64,000 nucleotides of DNA from Rhina ancylostomus. Lineage: Eukaryota. Numbering within the stretch: the stretch's first letter is position 1; each line of letters begins with the position of its first letter. Location of the stretch: NCBI GenBank assembly GCA_030265395.1, contig JARFYF010000017.1, positions 19,153,778 through 19,217,777 on the forward strand, in the 5' to 3' direction. Positions 12,031 to 26,290 of the stretch are shown one piece after another. A program made the translations under genes and the position numbers. Below the pieces are notes generated by a model that worked only from the letters and a program-made list of their open reading frames with translations, was not told where the DNA came from and did not search any database.

Positions 12031-14811
12031 TCACCCATTATCTATATTATAGCCACAAAATCTTTAGATCATCCTAACCTATAGTATAGATCCTTGCAAT
12101 GTAAGCAAAGGGATGGCTGTGGCTTTAATTGTTTACCCAGCAGATTCCTATATATATGTTTTCTGTATACTGGAATCCTGGGTTTCATTCTATTTATTTA
12201 GGTAGCTGTGTCTTCTGGTTTGTTTACTATATTTTCTGCTCACGCATATCTTATTTTTTTTAACTTCACTTGTATTGATCTCATTAACTGTTATGAATAC
12301 CATATTATAATTCCAAATTGACCACCAACTGACGCAGTACATTAAATTGTGTCTTGCAGGTACACAATTTACACATCCCAAAAAGTTGCATATTCTCAAG
12401 TAAATCAATATTTGATTTTTAAAAATGTGGTCCAGCAGTTCTTTTGTGCATTAAAAATTAGCCAAGTATTTGCAGATTATTTAGTAATACTTTTTTAAAA
12501 ACAACACCATTAATCCAGTATCCAATATCCTAGAGATTGTCCATCAAATCGGAATATTTGGATTATCAGCAAAACCTCAGTAATTCATGCCCAGTTTTCA
12601 ATTCATTCGGCCCTGTCTCAGATTTAATTTGTACTTTCTTTTTAACATATTGCTATTTCTGTGAGAATTGTTAATGTCCGACATTCTAAAAAAAAGTATG
12701 TGAACAAGGCGACTTTACCCATTGTACCTATTTAGTGTAGCTTTACAGCCCAATCTGGTAGGATTACAAGAAGCCAAGCAGTCATTAATTTTTATCTGCG
12801 ACTGTCTGTAGGTTTTAATGCATCCTCACTGCTTATGGTGCTACCAATTACATGTCATAAGTGGTTGTATGTGCTGGAGCAGCAGTGGGGCTGATGAATC
12901 ACTACTGCACCCATGATTAGTATGCACAAGGCTGTACACCACTAAAACATCTGGCATTCCAATGACCCTGAGCCTGCCTGGTCAAGAGGACTGGACAAGA
13001 ATTCAATATGGATTGCTTTAATTAAGCGCCTAAGCACACAAATGCCAAGAAACAACTCCATCATTTAGACAAACTCTGAAAAAAATGAAGTCTGTATAGC
13101 AAGAAGCATTGAAAAATACAAACTGAGTGAGGGAGAGGCAGAAAAAAATAATTTCATGAGCAATTCTGCTTGAACCTTCAGAATCCACTTTAACATAAGT
13201 CTTATTACTTCCTTTGATGGTTGCAACCATAATCCCTTTAATTAGGAACAAACTAAATTATTTAAGTAGACAATACTGTTTCTGTAATGCCTAGTATGTA
13301 TTTATCATGTCTGTAATTTAGGCTTGTTTCCTTAAATGCTTTGAAATATTATGATATGTAAGGGTGAGAAAATAAAAGTCGGACAGCTCCAGCCTGGATG
13401 TGTGGGAGTTCGATTTTCTCCTGTACATCTGAATTTAGCGTCTGTCAGTTACAAAGGCACTGAACTTGTCTTTAAACATGGGTAGAATCCAGTTAGTGGG
13501 TAATACACTATAATAGGCTGATCAATACTCATTATGACCTAAATGTCTGACCAAAGATACAACTGTATATATTGCAGCTACAGCAGCCAAGGCCAGGTGG
13601 CTTGTTTCACCTGCTATTCTTTATTTTGTTTTGCAGGTCCCTATCAATGAATGGTCATTCTTCATTAACTCACCACTAATGTGTAATATTTGGTTTGCCT
13701 ATACCTTTGCACCCATAGCCTTTCTCTGAACAGTGCTAGTTCCATATTTTCATCTAGTCCGTTATGTCTGCCTGTTCCATCTGTAGCCTATTTAAGCGTA
13801 TCGACTTTTAAAAGCCAAAATATCCCCTGTTCATTGCTGTGGAAGTCGGTTCTGTTAAGTGCATCACAAAAGGATCATCTTGATTTAAGTGTGTAGTTTT
13901 GCAGCAAGTACACACAATGCACATTCAAGCAGCAGATTAATGGGCCACATTCCCACCTTTGCTAACATTAATCCTCTTATTGTTTGTCAAAATACGTCAC
14001 TTTCTCAGTGTTTATGTCACTTAACCCTGGAGGCTATGCAATGTTAAATTCTTTAATACCCTGCATATACTTGTGCAGGATATTTGCATTTGTTTTGAAT
14101 TTCCAGCAGGGTTCCAACAACTGTAGCAAAATAAACACTGGGGACTTATTTCCTCTTAGCATCTTTCAGAGCATTGTGTGTCTTCCCCTCAGCATGGTTT
14201 GGGTGCTATGAAAGAAGGAAGTTTGCATAATTCTAGAATGGAAACAAGTTATATGAATCTTGTGGGTTTAAACTCAAAATCAAAATTCAGTGCATGTCAT
14301 GTGGACAATTCAATAAAATTTTATATCTCCCCATGAGGACCCAGAGTAAAACTCATGGAGCAAATTGGATGGAATCTCTGGAGTTTGTAAAGCAAAAATA
14401 GGACACAAAATGTCCAAAAATAAACATATTTTAAACAACATTGTTCCTTATTTGTGTTTTTCTTAAATATCCCTTGTTGGTGGATACTGAGCAACATATA
14501 TCAGTGGCATTTTAGCTTCAGCCCTTGGGTCAGGAACAGACTCTAAGCCCTACTAATTGAGCCATAAACTTAGTTCTACTAACACTTGTATCTGTTATTT
14601 CCTGGTTTGCTCTGGTTGAATTTTTTGTTCATGGAAGTTTGGAAAGGATCATTTGTAGCACTATAAAATTAAATTAGCAAACGAAACTTGCATCTCAAAG
14701 CTAGGTATGTTAACATTGCCAATTTAAGATATATGCAATTTAATAAGAGCAGGGATTAAACTTCAGATAAGATCCCATGGGCTCCGTGAGGATATTCAGG
14801 TTACAACACAA

Positions 14812-15000
14812 ATATGCATTTATATAGCAACTTTAATGCAATAAAGCATACTCAAGGATGTTGTAGAAATATTAATGATCAAAATTTGAACCAAGCCATA
14901 TAAGTAAATATGAGCACAGGTAACTTCAACTGATTGAAGTAAGAAGTAGATTAATGGAATGTCTCAAAGGAGAAAAGGAAGGCAGAGAATCTGAGGGAGC
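14812..15000 (-). mobile_element. L2 LINE 3' end remnant
   Basis: tgcatttatatagcaactttaatg... is the reverse complement of the typical L2 terminus (gctatataaatgca), followed by a purine-rich body. Confidence 0.55.
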
Positions 15001-15811
15001 ATAAACCAATAAAGGCAAATAGTTTGGAGAACCCTTCAAAGAATGCTTCTTTGAGACTAGAGTATTCCAAGAAGGAGTGGTTAAAACAAGAATCACATTT
15101 AGTGTTCCTCTTCGAACATGCTCAACAAAAGGGTGTGCCACCCAGTAGAGTGCTCATCCATGGCTGTAGTTAAATTTGCAGATTTGGCTCCTGGTTTATG
15201 TGGGGTTGTCTGATATCTATCATCTGAGACAATATTGGGGTATGCATGTTAACTTCAAAAACACTGAACTGGGACTCAAAACTGGTTTTGAAAAATGATA
15301 GCTATGCATTAAAACCTCCTGAAAGGAGATCTGTGAGACATTGATTGAGATCAGAATTTACCTCTCCTGTAATCACTCTGAGTCAAATAGCATGATGGCA
15401 TTAACAATGTAAACTCTTACGTGAAAATTGGCCATTTGAGGGATTTGTCAGTGACTGCAACATCTGTAAAATTGTCTCCCAATAAAAAAACAGCTCAGAA
15501 CTTCCTGCCAGCGGGAAAATGCCCACACATGCTGCTGGCCAATGTAAGAAGTGCAAGTTACCATTTGCAGATCTGTGTGTGTCAGGTTCCTACAAAGTAC
15601 TAGCCCACTTCTCAGTGGCATTACCCTGTATGGTGGCCTTGGTCATGTCAATTCCAACACAGGGGAGAGGGGCGGATGATGCAGAACAAGACCTGCTCAC
15701 AGAACAGATGAAAGAAACTTAAACAGGCAGTGAAGCCACATCTCTTGGTTTAGCTGGTTGTCAAACCTGTTAAAAATTATGAATGTTTCAGAACATCTAA
15801 TTAAAAATACG

Positions 15812-16166
15812 TTGTATTCATATGACACAGAAGGAGGCCATTCTGCCCATCGAGCTTATTTTGGCTGTCAAACAAATGTCATCAATCCCATTCCCCCACC
15901 TATTTCCTATAATCTATTCTCTCTCGTATACTTATTAACACCACTCCAAATGTCCCACCACTCAACTACAGTAAATTACAGAAGCCTATTCATCTAATCA
16001 GCTTATACTTGGGATAAGAGAGGAACCAGAACACCTGAATACAACTTACGTGGTCATAGGGAGAACATGTAAATTCCACACGAACATTGCTGGATTTCAG
16101 ACTAGAACCAGGATCACTGGAGCTCTGAAACTGCTTCACCACCTGCTGTACAACCATACCACCTGT
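15812..16166 (-). mobile_element. tRNA-derived HE1/V-SINE-like SINE
   Basis: CR1-type tail (acagaaggaggccattctgcccatcgag), V-domain-like core (ggaaccagaacacctg...gggagaacatgtaaattccacac) and tRNA-like head (gaaccaggatcactggagct...). Confidence 0.8.
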
Positions 16167-18593
16167 ATCAATCAAACTAAATAATTAAAAAATTATTAAC
16201 TATATTAGAAAATAGAAAAAATGAAAACACTTTAGAATACATAGAAGAAATTAAAAACAATTGAGTAAATTAAATCAACTAAGAAAATGGAAATTATCTA
16301 AAACAACCCTTGACCCTTCCCAACATTTCTTTCCAATGAATGGGAATGCTCTTCCTAAACACAACACCATCAGAGTTCAATGGTGGAATTCAGTTTAAAA
16401 AGGCTGGTAAAAAGTGACCAGCAACCTCAGGGCATCTGTGTTTATGTGAGTCCTGAACTTGGCTATTATGGGGATAATTGCCGACAATTCTGCAAGGGAT
16501 TACAAGCATTTCCCCACAATTTGTGGATCAATATACTTGAGAGTCTGGGGGAACTATTCAGTATGCCCCTTCATTAAAAGATTCCAAAGACATCTTTTAG
16601 AAACAGTTAATAATACCAGGAATATGGTGTTTATTTGCTGCTTCCTATACCCTGACAGTTACCAGTGAAGATTCAGTGTTCCTAAGTCCTTATAGAATGG
16701 GGGGAGGGGAGTGTTTTGTGAGGCGTTTATTATGTATGAGGATGGTATCTCATCAAATTTCATAATGTATTTTTACATTTCTTTGTGAAAGTCATATTTT
16801 CTTATACTGGGCTATTGGTAACAAAGCAAGGTTTTAACATAACATTTTGCATGTGTGGTATATTTCAATTGGTCACCTTCACAGAGACAGTTAGTTATGA
16901 TGCAGTAATGTTCTAATTTTCTACAGAAGTAGGAATATCTTGGTACTCCACAGGAATCTGTTCAGATAGGATCTTTCACTGAAATCATTGTGAATTTTTT
17001 ATCTTATTTTACTTTTGCCTCAGTTGTTATTACTGCTCTTTAATAAAAGTCCTTTCCTCTAAAAGCATATACTGAACATTGGCTATTATAGAATTCTTTT
17101 TGTAGCTGTCTCATTAGTATGCAAAACATGGAGGGTAACCGGTTGGGAACCCTTTCATCCCTAATGCAGACAGGTATATATAGGATAATCTGCATGAGGA
17201 GCTCAGCGACAAACAGGAATTGATTGAAGGGAGCAGCTTGGGTGTCGCTGAGGCAGCATACTGGCTGTATCCTAATTGCAAGGATATCACGTGGTTCAAA
17301 CCAGGGCATTACACTGTTTAAGATTAGAGTCTAATACTGAGGTATAGAATGCCCTGGGTATAGGATGAGAAATTTGATTTCTGCTTTCTGTCTTGAATAA
17401 TCTACCACACAGGCATACATTTTAGGACATTTTAAAAACTATTTTCAGGACTATCCTCCAAAATTAATTAAAAATTTCTATAAATCATGCTTGATGTTTA
17501 CTTTAAAAAATACCTTTTGGATTAATAATATAATTAATATGTGCATTTTCCCCAGAGGTGCAGAAATCCTGTTGTGACTGCAACAAGCCATTGGCAGCAA
17601 AACACACTGAAAAAATGTTATTCCCGCATTTAAAGTTGACTTTATGAAAGCACTCCCTACAGAAGAATTAACATTTAGATCCATGCAAACTGATGTGAAT
17701 GCAAGACATATGGTAAAAAATGACAGAAGTAGGCAGTAAGAGAGGAGGCCTACACAAACATTATGGAAGGATTAAGTGTTGAAGGCTGGAGTAGAGTTGC
17801 AGGTCGACCGTGAAACATGCCTGTGTTTTTATACCAAAAGATTTTTGTTGCATGCTGTATTTGTTCGCTGGGGTGTATTCAAACTATTTAACCTCTCCTG
17901 TCACTTCAATAGACATTTTATTTTAAAATTAAGCTGTGAGCAGGTTTGACACTATTCGCTCGGTNNNNNNNNNNNNNNNNNNNNNNNNNNNNNNNNNNNN
18001 NNNNNNNNNNNNNNNNNNNNNNNNNNNNNNNNNNNNNNNNNNNNNNNNNNNNNNNNNNNNNNNNTTCTTTTGTTCAAACACGTGGAAGATATAGGACATT
18101 GCATGTTATGCAGTGGAATCCCGAATTTATTTCACTCATGAGTGACCATAGTCTTTCTGGCTCGTGAAGTACATGCAGATTTCATCATTTAATGTGCAAT
18201 TTCCTGTATCTATAGTTATTCAGCAAGAATGTGCAAATCCTCCTGCACTAGCTCTGAGAGGACAATAGACGAGACAATATAAAACAGAAAATTAGTAGGT
18301 TCATCAAAAGGATGCAGTATCAATCACAATGGTGATTTTGAGTTGCAAATCAACCTTTGCCTATTTATTTGATCTTTATAGGCAAATTGAAAGCTATGTT
18401 TTACTTGATTTTAAAATCTTGTACAAACACCTTTACTGGTTATCTTAAATTGCTGAAATTAGTGTGGTCTAAATCCTTTAAAAAAAATCTAAGGTTATGT
18501 CAGAGCAGGCCCATGTCTTCCACTACCTTACCGTGTGACATTCACAGAGCATTCTAGTTCACAGTCATCATTTTAATAGTGGACCTGAGATAT

Positions 18594-18631
18594 GTTTCCA
18601 TGTGAACCGAACATCACGTTTCTATAGCAAC
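18594..18631. promoter_or_regulatory. Tandem RFX X-box-like motifs
   Basis: GTTTCCATGTGAAC (18594-18607) and GTTTCTATAGCAAC (18618-18631). The second closely fits the RFX palindrome GTTNCNATRGCAAC. Function is not shown. Confidence 0.4.
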
Positions 18632-21600
18632 AGAGAAGTAGCACTACATGGATGAATTTTACAGCAGAACCTTGCACCTAAGCACTAATGATAAGATTCA
18701 GCAGTTTTATTGCATAAAATGAATGTAAACAAGCATCAAATAACCCAAGACACTTTCATAATTGATTAATGCAGCCTAGAGAAAGTTCCATTACCTTTTG
18801 TTTAGCTCAAGGGATCTGACTAGCTGGAATCCATTGCTGAAACTAATTACAACATATAATTAAACTGTGACATGAAGATATTATACCGTTAGTTTACTAA
18901 TGACACTAGTAAACCATACAGCAGCTCAGGACAGTAATTATGCCTCATATATTATTTATCCTTTTGCTAAATGAGACCCTGACATTTTCAAAAATTACTT
19001 TAGGCTTGTTAATTGCCAGAAGCCATCCTTATGCTAAGAGTCGCACAGTTATTTACTCCCTAAAAAAAAATCACATGAGCTTTCAGAGACTTGCAAAGCC
19101 CACCTTTTCCTAATTAAGTTCACACTTACACTAAATAGCCATTTTAGCACTCCTTATATATGGCCCACTTTCTTTTCTCATTTATCCATAATTTTAATCT
19201 ATTACAACAGGTGCATTTTACCTAGGACATAGCCATAACCTTTCAGTAACCCCAACAGTAATGTTATCTGCCTGCAATCATCGGATGCACAAGAAGTCCA
19301 CTTGAGATGTATTTTAATTTCTTATGAGTGTAATGGCATCCAGGTTTCATAATTATGTTTTTCTCCTGTACTAATCAAATACAGCTTTAACAGCTTGCTG
19401 ACCGCTCTGCCAAACTCTTAACAATAAAAGGTACAGAAAGACAATGCCACCAAGTAAGATTTGAAACTTTATTCTAATGCCTTTGATGTTTACATAAGGG
19501 TGCTTAAAGTAGGTTTCCTTCACTGATGTGCAATTTCTTTCCTAAACTTCCAATCAACTGGGCCAAAAAATAACAATTACTTTAACCAGGTATATTCCAA
19601 GCATTCAAATCAGTAGGAAGGAAGGGTCGGCAGTTCTCCATGTTATCATCCTTATACTCAGCATGGAGAGACAGAGTTGTATGAATGCCCCTTTATCCAG
19701 CTGTCTCTTTATTCATCTCTATGATTATTTTTTTTTGTTTACAAACTAGAAATTCTCAAAATGACCTAATATTTTAAAAGGTCAACTAATTTGATTTTTT
19801 TGTTGTTAATTTTGTAATCTCCTTCAGTTTGGCTCTCATTCTCTTACGTAGTCTTGGGATATGCACAGTAGTTTGTATCCAACACAATTAAAGAAACCTC
19901 TTCTCGAAAGAAAGTTGCTTTTGGAATGCCAGCATTCTAACAGAGAGTGGTTCATCTAGTTCTGCATAGCCACGGGAAGAGGCAAAATCAAATTTATCGG
20001 TAGAGGAAAAAATGTGAGAGAATGGAGAAAGGAATAAGGAATAACAAAGAGTGAGGTTTAAATTATGTTATTGCCGCTTTTTTAATAAGTTGCGTTTTTC
20101 ATAAAATCGAATGGAAGGTGGAGGCTCATCAGTTTTCAAGTGGTAGTGTCTTACTGATGTGACAAGCACACAGAATTCACATTTCAACTTGCATAAATTT
20201 ACAACCATTTGTGACCACTGATTTGTGATGTATAGTCTCTGGAAAGTCTATGCAGCAATAACCTATTACAATCATTTCAAGCTAGCTCAAAAGTACAAGC
20301 ACTTTGCTTCATGTTGAAAAGTCTAAGCATTGGAGTCTCACAAACATGAAAGCAGTGCTGGCATACTGATATCACCAATATACTGGAGGACAAGTGCATC
20401 TCTCACACTGAAATTTCTTCATTATGCTACAACTTCAGCAACACTCTGTAACTCACCTGTAAAGTTAACCATTGTGAATCACATCTTTTACTAACACTAT
20501 CTTAAATCCAATGTTAAAGCTGAGTCATCGAAATCCCTTTTCAAGAGAAAAGGGAAAATATAGACTTCGCACAAAATACGAGATGATGGATATGATTGTT
20601 TGAAAGTCCCAGTTGTCCACCATCAACTCCCACCCACCACCCTGTGCCCTCTCTTTTCTTCTTATAGTGCTGTGATAAATTACAATACATTTTGATCTTT
20701 GGTCACAAAGCTGACAGTTGACAATGGTGCCAAAATAGAGAAAACTATGGAGCTGGGATACAATACTGCAGGAATATGCAGATCATGGATGGTGCACAAA
20801 CACAGCACAACCTGTGTGCAGTATCTGTGGAGCACCAGTTAATTTTAACATGTTCAGTGAGTGGCACTGTCAGTGATAATCCAAGTGAAACCTGGCAATG
20901 GTTATATCATTTCCATCACATGTGCATGGCCTGCTGTTATCCATCCAGAAGATATGCGAGGCGTGCAGCACTTGAAGCGGATTTTGTGAAGCCAAGTTTA
21001 AGTTATGAATTTACCCTGTGCAACAGATCCTGCTTGAACTCCCCAAGTTTCCCCCTCTTATTCAAGAGGCCTAACCTCACAGCAGGTAATTGCAACCCCA
21101 CCCTACCAATGCCTCAGACTCTACCTTCAATGTCCTGATCTCTCGCTCCTCTACGACATCCCTGACCCTCTCTTCCATAAACATCTACTTCCCCCACAAC
21201 GTGACTCAGACCCACCACCTACCTGTTTTACTTTCAGTCCTTTGAACCTGTTAAGTATGCAATTCCTGATCTATTGTGTGCGATGCCTTCGATCTCATGT
21301 GTTATAGAATTTTGTAATGGAAGACGTTTGAAGAAAAGATTCATTGGATGGCTGCACACTACATATTTATCATGCCTTTCCAGGAACTGAAGACTTTCTA
21401 GGATGCAGACTTTGTTCCAATACCAGGAGCAGGTGGCGTGGCAGAGAGGACACTGTAAAAGCATAAGCAGGTAAGAAAATGTTCTAGTCAGGTTAGGAGG
21501 TTGAGAATATCCTGAACAATAGCAGCCTTACAAGCGTCTGTATAAATAGACTCAGGGGAATTGTTCAAGAGATATTGCAGAGTACCCATGAAAGAAATAG

Positions 21601-22679
21601 GAACAGAAGACAGCTGTACCGCTGCATGACTTTACTTCAGGACTTTGATGGTATTAGCCTTAGGATCGTCAGTAGTGGAAGTTATTTTTGCTGTGTCAGT
21701 TTGCAATTGTATTTTTGATTGAAAAAAGATTTATGAGGAGGTGGTTCTGGCAGATGTACTATTTTTCTTCGTGGAGCTGGAGGGGTTAGGTGGGAGTAAG
21801 GTTGGTGCTGGGACAATCTGATCTTTCCAGGTGATGTTTGGGGATTTTTACTGCATGACCTATCTGGTCTATGGACATTTGGCTACTCTCAGGATCGGAG
21901 ATTCATTGATATTGCTGTTGCCAGGAGATGGGGGGAAGGGAAAGAGATAGGGAGGGGGTGGGGGTGATTGCTGTTCCATGTCTCTTGCTTATTAGTCAGT
22001 GTTTGTATTAAATAAAATGCAATGTCTGCACTTCATAAAGCTTTGGCTAGCTACCCAAATGATTTGAATAAAATCCAAGCATCTTGCATTTCATAGCCAG
22101 TCAGGTTAAAACAAACTAAATTTTAAATAAGTACAAGCTACTTTGGATTTTATGTCAGTCAAGCTAAACAACCCTAGTGTTAAAATAAAACCCCTGTAGC
22201 CTGTACCCACCAATCAGTGAAGCAATAGCACATTCTTTTTTTAAAAAATAAAATCCAAATAGCTCTTACTTATCTGTCAGTCAGCATGAGGGCCATTAAC
22301 TGGCTAAAAAGACTGTACCATTCATCAAATCCAGTTAAAAACAAAAGCAGAAATTTTAATTCACTCTGCTGATTAGAAATAAGACAGTAGTGGGGTTTAA
22401 AACCAGGTGGTTAGTTTTTCACCGATCCCCCAGTCTCTGGCTCTCTATCCCAAGGCTTCCTGTAGGTGGCATGGGATTTGCCATCTTCATTAATCCATGA
22501 TCATAGAAACTGTAGTCGGTCTTTCAGTCCATCAAACCTCTTTTGCCATATCCCTCAATATTTTTGGTTTGCAAAACTCCAGAAGATTTTAAGTTCGTAA
22601 TTGAGCTAGTGCCGAGCACAGGCACAATGTGTATGTAATAACCTTCAGAGATATATGCCTTATATGACAAACTGTCATA

Positions 22680-23006
22680 AGGCAGGGGAAAAGTCCCTTC
22701 ACCCCACTGGATCCATTCTGACTAGCAATATTTACACTAATCTACACCAATCTTGTTTTATTCTTCCCACATTCCCATTGACTCCCCCCAGATTCTATGA
22801 CTTACTTACACATCAGAAATAATTTACAGTAGATAATTAACCTACCAACCTATACGTCTTACATGGGAGGAAACTAGAGCACCTGGAGGAAATCCACACA
22901 GTCGCAGGAAGAGCATTCCCCCCAGGCATTCCCCAGAAGTCAGGATCAAATTCAGGCTGCTGGAGATGTGAAGCAGCAGCTCTATAGCTGCATCACTGTG
23001 CCATCC
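22680..23006 (-). mobile_element. HE1/V-SINE-like SINE
   Basis: tgggaggaaactagagcacctggaggaaatccacacagtcgcagg core, and head caggctgctggagatgtgaagcagcagctctatagctgcatcactgtgcc. Confidence 0.85.
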
Positions 23007-23589
23007 AAAGTATTGCAATTATTTTGGGAGGACTCAGACAGGAAGTATGAATTGAGTTGCCTCATATTGCATCAGCATTAAGCCAGCAAGCCACCATGCG
23101 ATGCCTCTGCAGAGTGCATTAATGGGGCTAAATCTTCATAAATGACCCGGCTTCTTCTCAGAAGAATCAGCAACCTGATTGTTAAGATCAATCCATGGAG
23201 CCTCTTGTTTCTCCTATCTGTTGCCATTGTCAATTTGTAGAACCAATTCAAATCCTTGGAAAAGAGGAATTTGTCAGTATTTGCAATCTAAAGACAACAG
23301 AAATATGTCAGTTTCTCTGTCTGACAAGTCCTGTTGGCCTCTCTGAAAGTTATGCAAGAATTACCTTTAAAACTTCAGGAAAATCTTTTTGAAGCGGTAA
23401 ATAATCTCAACAATGCACATTGATTGACTACAGCAAGCAATACAAGAATAAAAATTTATTACTTGACCATGTTGTATTGGTAATGAAAGCAGGAACATCA
23501 AATAATTGGCTCAGAGGAATACACTATAGACTCTAGGCCACAGTATATATAGTGCAGATGCCTGCAATCAGTTTTTAATATATTTTATT

Positions 23590-23870
23590 ATGTTCATACT
23601 GAGGACATGGATGATGTCCGTCCTTTATTGTGTTGAGAGGATGACAGGCCCATTCTTGAGCCAAGTATAAGCCATTTGAAACTGTTTGGCTTCAGTGGAC
23701 AGATAATAATCAAACACATAATACAGGGTTACAGGCCAGACTAGGTGAAAAAGGAANNNNNNNNNNCAGAAAACATTAGTGAGCCAATAGGGTTTTTGAA
23801 ACAACTTCATTATTACTTTTACTGGTACCAGACTTTCATGGTGGAATTTGAACTTGTTTAGGATTTTTGA
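23590..23870 (-). mobile_element. Old tRNA-derived SINE (same family as 52595-52815)
   Basis: ggccagactaggtgaa...cattagtgagccaatagggtttttgaaacaa...catggtggaatttgaac mirrors the plus-strand copy at 52595. Confidence 0.5.
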
Positions 23871-24849
23871 TTCAAACTTGTAAATTACTGCACTCTCACA
23901 CCTTACATCCAATTGCATATTTGTTAAATCAGTGCAAAGTTACTGGATAATGAATTCCTTTATTCTCAATCACACTGTAATAACAAATAAATTTGTCAAA
24001 ATCAGTTACTGCAATGGATAACTTACAAGAGGATTTTTACTGAAGAGGGATCAGCCAATTGGCTCCACTCTGCCATTTCCATCCTTCACTCAAATCCAAT
24101 GTAACTGAACCAATAACTGTTCACAATGATCTAAGAGGTTGAATGATTCCATTGTTTTCCTAACTAATGAAAGGTGGATTTCCCTTAATCCAAACAGGTC
24201 ATCCTTAGTGTACACAAACACCATTCTGATTTGCTCCAAAATGCAGTCTATTCTGTGTACATGGTAGAATTAGCCTCCCATCTACAATTGATGTATATCT
24301 AATTACATTCAGGCATTTGGGAGAAACCCAACAGGAGCAATCAGTCAGGTTGATGTTTTTGCTGGAACTTGGTTTGATGATGCTGCCTCTGATATTGTTG
24401 GTTTAAACTAGTTTAATCAGTTCAGGCCAGAGCAGTTGGATTGGGATCCCCTTGTTGGGCTTATTCATTACAAGGAAGTTCATACCTAAAATAATGCAGA
24501 AGTCAGCTTATACAATGAACTAAAGTAATTTCTGGTCTTCACTATTTTGAAATGATTCTAATGGAATGTGTCAGTTTATCAGAAGGAGAATAACACAATA
24601 GTTTGTGGAAGACGTTTCACGGACATTTAGTGCTAATGATGAAACTCTTGAAGCTCCATTGATGCCATGCATGCTTCTCTTAGCCTAGCTTTATATTCCT
24701 TGCTCGTCCTTCATGGCTGTGTCTCTCAGTAAGTTTTCTTGTTGTACTTCCCCTTGGATGGAGATCTCCAGTGGAATCAACTAACCCGATTTAGACTAAC
24801 CACACCATCAATGGGATTAAATCTTTTCTATAGAGCAGCAAACAAATGT

Positions 24850-26290
24850 AGGATACCTCAGGTTAATGGAGGGCAGTACATAGGAAACTGAATAGGAGAA
24901 TCTTGACACTGTTGTCTAGAGGTAACAAAGGCAAGAATAGGGGTTTCAGCAGCAGATGAGCTAAGGCAATGCCAGAGCTGAATGATACTGTGCAGATAAG
25001 ATTTCTTTATTAGTCACATGTACATCGAAACACATGTGTGTTAATGGATCCAAAGTGTGGCCACGTTTCCGGCACCAACATAGCATGCCTACAATTTCCT
25101 AACCCATACATCTTTGGAATGTAGGAGGAAACCGGAGCACCTGGAGGTAACCCATACAGGGAGAATGTACAAACTCCTTACAGACAGCAGCGGGAATTTA
25201 ACCCAGATCGCTGGCACTGTAATAGAGTCATGATAACCGCTGTGCTATCATGCCAAAATGAAAGTACATGGTCTTAATGAGGGACCTGATAGACGATCAG
25301 AAGCCTATTTCTGATATGATGCCAGAGCTAGGAATGGTCTGGACGGGCCTTCAAATTTGTTCAGAGAGGGGGTGTAGACAACAATGAGGGAACAGAATTT
25401 GTTGAGAGACTGGATGTTGTATTGAGTTTGAGAAATTTGGATCCATTAACTTCAGTGGGCCATACTTAAGAAGCAGAATACTACACAGAGCTGCTGCTAT
25501 ATTGCATGGTTGGTATTTTCTAGGCAATTTTGGATGGTGTTGCTGATAGGCAGCATGTGGATGAGAAATAGAAAGGAGATATGGATAGATCCCAAGTGTT
25601 CACCAGTGCTAACAGTGCAGCTTCTGGGTAAGTAACAAGGGAACTAGCTACCTATCCTATCCATCTGAACAATGATGTCCGAGATAGAGAGGACAATGGT
25701 TGGGAAGGTTGCAGAAATGTTGCAAAGAGTCAGGATGGATGATAATCTAGATTATGGTCAAAATAGGATATCAGTAATTACAATAATAAGGTCTATTGCT
25801 GAGTTGTGGCAGGACAGAATCTGACTGGATGAGTTCAAATGTGCAACAGGATAAATGTGTGCTGATCTGGAGAGGAAATAATGTCACATGTGACTTTGGA
25901 ATAGAAAGGGAATTTGGGGACATGGCAGCAGTTTTAAGACAATATGGGAGGAGAGACCTTGTGAAGAGGGAAGAGTTAACAATATCAGCTAAACTGGGCA
26001 TAAGAAGGAAAATTGGGTGGCTGGCAGCTTGGTGGGATTGAAGCCCATGATGTGTAGGAAGCTGGGGGAAGTGAATGGATGGGGTGGACAAAATAACCTT
26101 GGAAAGGGCCTGAGAGGAGAAGGGACAGAATTTCCAGGAAAATGCAAGTTCTTGGTTCAAGCAAGCAAGGGGGAACCAAAGACAAAGTTTGATTAGTGGT
26201 GTAGGGGAATCTGAGTGACCAAATCCATGAAATGTTGCACTTGTTGTTGGAAATAAAGGTGGAGAAGCAAGGGGAGAAGGATTTAAGAAG
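24850..26290 (-). mobile_element. L2 LINE ORF2 remnant, interrupted by a SINE
   Basis: Minus ORF 25771-26358 includes LMPSLADIVNSSLFTRSLLPYCLKTAAMSP (L2 pre-RT, like L.P.L..IVN.SL..G.VP..FK.A.I.P). agaggtaacaaaggc at ~24918 reads AFVTS on the minus strand. Confidence 0.7.
24994..25254 (-). mobile_element. V-SINE-like SINE with Rex1-type tail, relatively young
   Basis: Tail agataagatttctttattagtcacatgtacatcgaaacac, core ggaggaaaccggagcacctggagg, head gaatttaacccagatcgctggcactgtaatag...taaccgctgtgctatcatgcc. Confidence 0.85.

Noticed and set aside
12510-12566. Imperfect hairpin taatccagtatcc...ggaatatttggatta as a miRNA or MITE
   Set aside because: Pairing is short and imperfect and there is no TSD; insufficient support.
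17240-17312. tRNA-like segment with GGTTCAAACC B-box
   Set aside because: No convincing A-box or cloverleaf; at most a degraded SINE head.
21300-21475. Exon ending at a strong donor CAG|gtaaga (21470)
   Set aside because: Several possible acceptors, no recognisable peptide and no consistent multi-exon model.
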